Below are positions 52,472 through 55,545 of a DNA stretch of 55,545 nucleotides, piece after piece (the first letter of the stretch is position 1; every line of letters starts with the position of its first letter). Origin of the DNA: a bacterium (GTDB lineage: Bacteria; Patescibacteriota; Patescibacteriia; JBDRHN01); NCBI GenBank assembly GCA_043816765.1, contig JBDRHN010000065.1:1-55545 (forward strand), given 5' to 3'. The position numbers were made by a program, and so were the translations under genes. The notes beneath the pieces are model-generated. The model ran no database searches and was not told the origin of the DNA. It saw only the letters and a list, made by a program, of their open reading frames with translations.

Positions 52472-52524
52472 TTACTGATTACTAGTTACTGATTACTAGT
52501 TACTGATTACTAGTTACTGATTAC
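52472..52524. repeat. Tandem 14-nt repeat TTACTGATTACTAG x3.8
   Basis: Units at 52472, 52486, 52500 and a partial one at 52514. Lies between the four-helix-bundle gene start and the atpF stop. Confidence 0.9.
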
Positions 52525-52528
52525 TTTA

Positions 52529-52837
52529 CTAATTTAATATATCTGAGCCAATCGCCTGCTCGATTGTTTTTTTTAATTTTTTAATACCTATTCCTTGACT
52601 GCCTTTGATTCCCGGGATGACTATAAATGCCGGTGTTACGTCTTGGTCGGCTTTGTTTATTATCTCTTCATTTCCAGCGGCCAAATCTTCTGTTATAAAT
52701 ACAATACCAAAATCTTTTTGTTTTATTGCTTCTAAATTATTTTGAAAACTATTGGCGCTATCAAGCTCAATAACTTCAACGCCGAGATTTTCAAATCCGG
52801 CGGTTACATCTTTATTTCCTAGTATTCCTATTTTCAT
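52529..52837 (-). CDS. atpF: V/A-type ATP synthase subunit F
   Basis: 102 aa with MKIGILGNKDVTAGFENLGVEV...FITEDLA. Confidence 0.85.
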   Translation of the reverse strand: MKIGILGNKDVTAGFENLGVEVIELDSANSFQNNLEAIKQKDFGIVFITEDLAAGNEEIINKADQDVTPAFIVIPGIKGSQGIGIKKLKKTIEQAIGSDILN

Positions 52838-52889
52838 AAAATTATAATTTTATTTTTAGAACATTTCTGTCAATAAATACCGCAAATTC

Positions 52890-52937
52890 ATCCGCACCTG
52901 TCATTCCAAAAAATTTTCTGGAATGACAGGTGCGGAT
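52890..52937. repeat. Perfect 18-bp-stem hairpin between atpC and atpF
   Basis: ATCCGCACCTGTCATTCC, a 12-nt loop, then GGAATGACAGGTGCGGAT. Shares the CTGTCAT core with 21499-21653. Confidence 0.9.
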
Positions 52938-52944
52938 TTTCGAC

Positions 52945-54000
52945 TCAATAAATTTCCCTCACCCGTTCTTTAATCAACTTCGGCTCAATGTTGTTAATCT
53001 TCGCGAGCATTATAATTCTTATATTTCTCACTTCGTTATGTTTTCCCCAGAGATACGCAAATGCTACTTCGGGGCCATAAGTAATATATTTAGCTTTTTT
53101 TAATATTCTTACTAAAATATTATCTATGTCGCGTTCCAGCATCCAAAATTCATTATTTTGAATGTAGAAAACCCATCCGTTTTTTATGTCCATCCAATAA
53201 TCTGTTTTATTTAATTCTTTTTTGAAGTGATCAAGCGACTTTTCAATGGATGTTTTGAAAATGTTTGTTTTAATCTTTCCTCCGTCAATAATCGCTAATT
53301 CCAAAATATCCTTTCCGCGCTCGCCTCTTTTCAGCCGCAGAAAAGTTAAAATATTTTGCAAATCAATTTGAGCAATAATATAGTCTTTTATAAAACTGCT
53401 TGAGAAAAATTTTGCCCAACGCAACAATTCCGCATAATAATGCTTGTCTAAAATCAGGTCAATCATGGCTGGATTTTTGTCTTCTGAATTATTTTTGTAA
53501 TAATCCAAGACTTCTTTGACTGCCAAATGGTAAGCTAATTTTAAATCTTTTAAGGCGACTTTTTTTCTTTTGTTTTTAGTTTTTCGCCTTGGCGGTTCGT
53601 ACTCAATGCATTCTCTCAGAAAATCTCTATTCACGTTAGCTAAATCGCTTTCTATTTCTGATTTTGTTTCTTCAAATAACTTTTCTTTCAATAAAATTTT
53701 CAAATTGGAAAAATTATATTTTAAAGCAAGATAACGAACTGTATTGTTGTCAGAAATATTTTGTTTTAGAAATTTTCGCACATCATGAAGTTCTTCATCA
53801 AGAACTTTTTGAAAATTTTCTAATTTTCCATCAGGCAATTCAAGAAGGTTATCGGAAAAATCGGTGTCGTTTAAAACACGAAAAGCCTCTTTAGCGCTTG
53901 GGGCGTCAACCATTCGTTCCAAATCAACAGCATTAAACATGCGAGTTTCTTTTACCCGCAGTCTGCCTGTAATATATAAATATTTTGATTTCTGAAACAT
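52945..54000 (-). CDS. atpC: V/A-type ATP synthase subunit C (d-subunit homologue); start moved to MFQKSKYLY
   Basis: 351 aa with YLYITGRLRVKETRMF...YGPEVAFAYLWGKHNEVRNIRIIM. The listed first 21 codons are translated GATACAAG words. Confidence 0.85.
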   Translation of the reverse strand: MFQKSKYLYITGRLRVKETRMFNAVDLERMVDAPSAKEAFRVLNDTDFSDNLLELPDGKLENFQKVLDEELHDVRKFLKQNISDNNTVRYLALKYNFSNLKILLKEKLFEETKSEIESDLANVNRDFLRECIEYEPPRRKTKNKRKKVALKDLKLAYHLAVKEVLDYYKNNSEDKNPAMIDLILDKHYYAELLRWAKFFSSSFIKDYIIAQIDLQNILTFLRLKRGERGKDILELAIIDGGKIKTNIFKTSIEKSLDHFKKELNKTDYWMDIKNGWVFYIQNNEFWMLERDIDNILVRILKKAKYITYGPEVAFAYLWGKHNEVRNIRIIMLAKINNIEPKLIKERVREIY

Positions 54001-54006
54001 ATGTTT

Positions 54007-54143
54007 AAAGATACAAGAAACAAGGATACAAGATACAAACAAATTCCAAGATACAATATTCAATAATCAAATGTTTGAAATTTTGAATTTGAATATTTGG
54101 AATTTGTTTGTATCTTGTATCTTGTATCCTTGTTTCTTTGTCT
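54007..54143. repeat. Long hairpin (about 40-bp stem) of GATACAAG words with the CAAACAAAT/ATTTGTTTG core (copy c), atpE/atpC spacer
   Basis: GAAACAAGGATACAAGATACAAACAAATTCCAA pairs with TTGGAATTTGTTTGTATCTTGTATCTTGTATCCTTGTTTC. Confidence 0.85.
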
Positions 54144-54155
54144 GTAATATATTTT

Positions 54156-54722
54156 TTAATCAAACAACAGTTCCACTATCTCCATTTCTTTTTCTTCAAA
54201 AATTTGACTTACAATATCAGCAAAAGAATTATTGATTTCAAACTTGTCTGTCTTGATTATAAAGCCGCCTTTTAAATTTTTGTCTGCTTTCGCGGTAAAA
54301 TTTTTATTCGCGGCTTTCAAGGCATTTTTACTTTCAAATTTTTTGCTTTCTGGAATAATAATTTCAACCTCGCTGCCGTTGAGTGAAATTTTTTCAAGCA
54401 ACTTTTTGATAATGCCTTCATACTCACTGCTTTTTAGTTTGCGCAAACCTTCAATTGCATTATCTTGCGCCTCTTTAATCAATTCTAATTTTTTTGCCAA
54501 AACAGAATTTCTTCGCTGAATTTCTAAAAAAATTTTATTTTGCTCTTTAAGGCTTTTAATTTTTGAATTTGTCTTTTCTTGGATTTCTTTAATTATATTT
54601 TCTTTTTCATTATTAATCTCAGCTTCAATTTTTTGAACCTGTTTTTGAGCTTCTTTTTTAATCTCGGCAATTTTTTCTTGCGCCTGCTTTTTAATTGTTT
54701 CTTGAATGTTTTTAAGCGGCAT
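54156..54722 (-). CDS. atpE: V/A-type ATP synthase subunit E
   Basis: 188 aa with an N-terminal long coiled coil and a C-terminal globular domain GGFIIKTDKFEINNSF. Operon position supports the call. Confidence 0.85.
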   Translation of the reverse strand: MPLKNIQETIKKQAQEKIAEIKKEAQKQVQKIEAEINNEKENIIKEIQEKTNSKIKSLKEQNKIFLEIQRRNSVLAKKLELIKEAQDNAIEGLRKLKSSEYEGIIKKLLEKISLNGSEVEIIIPESKKFESKNALKAANKNFTAKADKNLKGGFIIKTDKFEINNSFADIVSQIFEEKEMEIVELLFD

Positions 54723-54796
54723 ATCAATTAATTTATAAGTGACCTTTAAAACGACTAAATTCTATAAATTTTTAACCTTGATAATAATTTTTAAAA

Positions 54797-54926
54797 AAGA
54801 TACAAGGATACAAGATACAATAACCAAACAAATCACAAGATACAAATTTCAATAATCAAACTTTTGTAATTTGAATATTGAATATTGGAATTTGTTTGTA
54901 TCCTTGTTTCTTGTATCTTGTTTCTT
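54797..54926. repeat. Long hairpin, same family (copy d), atpK/atpE spacer
   Basis: AAGATACAAGGATACAAGATACAATAACCAAACAAAT pairs with GGAATTTGTTTGTATCCTTGTTTCTTGTATCTT. Confidence 0.8.
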
Positions 54927-54993
54927 AAAAAAATTATTTTTATTTTTCAAACTGCTTTATGTCAATACTCTACTGCTATTACGGTCTAATGTT

Positions 54994-55470
54994 CTAAGCT
55001 ACCTTAATTCCCATTATTAACAAAATTGTTGCTAGCAAACCTAGGACTGCGTAAGTTTCTACCATTGCTGACAAAATAATAGCGTTACCGCTTTTATCTG
55101 GGTTTTTGGCAACTAAGTTAAGCCCGGCGGTAGAAACCTTGCCTTGAAAAATGGCTGATATAAGCCCGCCAATGGCAACGGGCAAACAAGCAATGAAAAA
55201 TTGCCAGCCCTGCATTACACTAATAGTTTTTGGAGCGTCGCCCAAAAGTCCTAATTGGTTTAGCACAAAAAATGTGCCGATAAAGCCGTAGATGCCTTGG
55301 GTTCCAGGTAATACCTCAAGCAATAAAACTTTTCCAAAAAGTTCCGGTTTTTCGGTGCACACGCCGGCGGCTCCTTGTCCAACCATGGCTACGCCAAGAA
55401 TTGAACCGATGCCAGCTATAGATACTGACATAGCTGCTCCCGCAAGAGCAAGAAATAATCCTAATTCCAT
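54994..55470 (-). CDS. atpK: V/A-type ATP synthase proteolipid subunit K (double-hairpin, 4 TM)
   Basis: 158 aa with LLLEVLPGTQGIYGF and ILSAMVETYAVLGLL, resembling Enterococcus hirae NtpK. Confidence 0.9.
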   Translation of the reverse strand: MELGLFLALAGAAMSVSIAGIGSILGVAMVGQGAAGVCTEKPELFGKVLLLEVLPGTQGIYGFIGTFFVLNQLGLLGDAPKTISVMQGWQFFIACLPVAIGGLISAIFQGKVSTAGLNLVAKNPDKSGNAIILSAMVETYAVLGLLATILLIMGIKVA

Positions 55471-55545
55471 AGTTTTTTTAGTTAATTTTAATTAAATTTT
55501 TTTAAAATTTTAATTTATTTTATTAAAAAGTATTTTATTTTATTA

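Noticed and set aside
52472-52524. Possible CRISPR array (regular short direct repeats here and at 20372-20413 and 5984-6017).
   Set aside because: The units are 7-14 nt and directly abutting, with no spacers. There are no cas genes other than a stand-alone Cas4-like nuclease. These are simple tandem repeats.
54001-54063. First 21 codons of the atpC ORF (MNIVSWNLFVSCILVSCIFKH). The same applies to the extensions of the ACT gene (38742-38822), nnrD (43395-43505), the GT39-like gene (28311-28385) and mraZ (22107-22184).
   Set aside because: In each case the extension is read from repeat or hairpin DNA, often from a non-ATG start. A conserved family N-terminus begins at an internal ATG.

Overview
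This is a 55.5-kb AT-rich window transcribed almost entirely on the minus strand. The exceptions are an IS transposase, one large membrane-protein gene, a PAP2-like gene and rpmB. The gene content looks like the core genome of a small-genome, CPR/Patescibacteria-like bacterium; that placement is inferred from gene content only. Genes present: hisG-hisS; secA; a giant cohesin/Ig-repeat surface protein next to a dockerin-bearing subtilase; the dcw block mraZ-rsmH-ftsL-ftsI-murF; a glycan/polyprenyl-phosphate block (flippase, RmlC-like, GT39-like, MraY/WecA-like, CDP-archaeol-synthase-like, UppP, PAP2); an iscU-ACT-nfu-iscS Fe-S block; scpA; a HEPN/MNT toxin-antitoxin pair; and a V/A-type ATPase operon (K-E-C-F-A-B-D). 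Two tRNAs (Glu-CUC, Ala-CGC) and one gene missing from the ORF track (rpmB, 58 aa) were found by eye. The most unusual feature is the repeat landscape rather than any single gene cluster. (i) GC-only C6/G6 palindromic elements sit in frame inside ftsI, rsmH and two other ORFs, resembling Rickettsia palindromic elements. (ii) A second GC-rich MITE-like family bounded by terminal inverted repeats has one in-frame copy. (iii) A third family has conserved flanks, covarying central hairpins and TSD-like direct repeats. (iv) Long AT-rich hairpins built from locus-specific 7-14-nt words fill nearly every intergenic spacer. The ATPase operon carries these hairpins and is also interrupted by two selfish-looking small genes (an Avd-like four-helix bundle and a tandem GxxExxY protein), each flanked by inverted repeat sequence. 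Two genes (ygjP-like, ribF-like) are broken only by one extra A in A11/A10 runs. Coordinates of intergenic repeats were read by eye and may be off by 1-2 nt.
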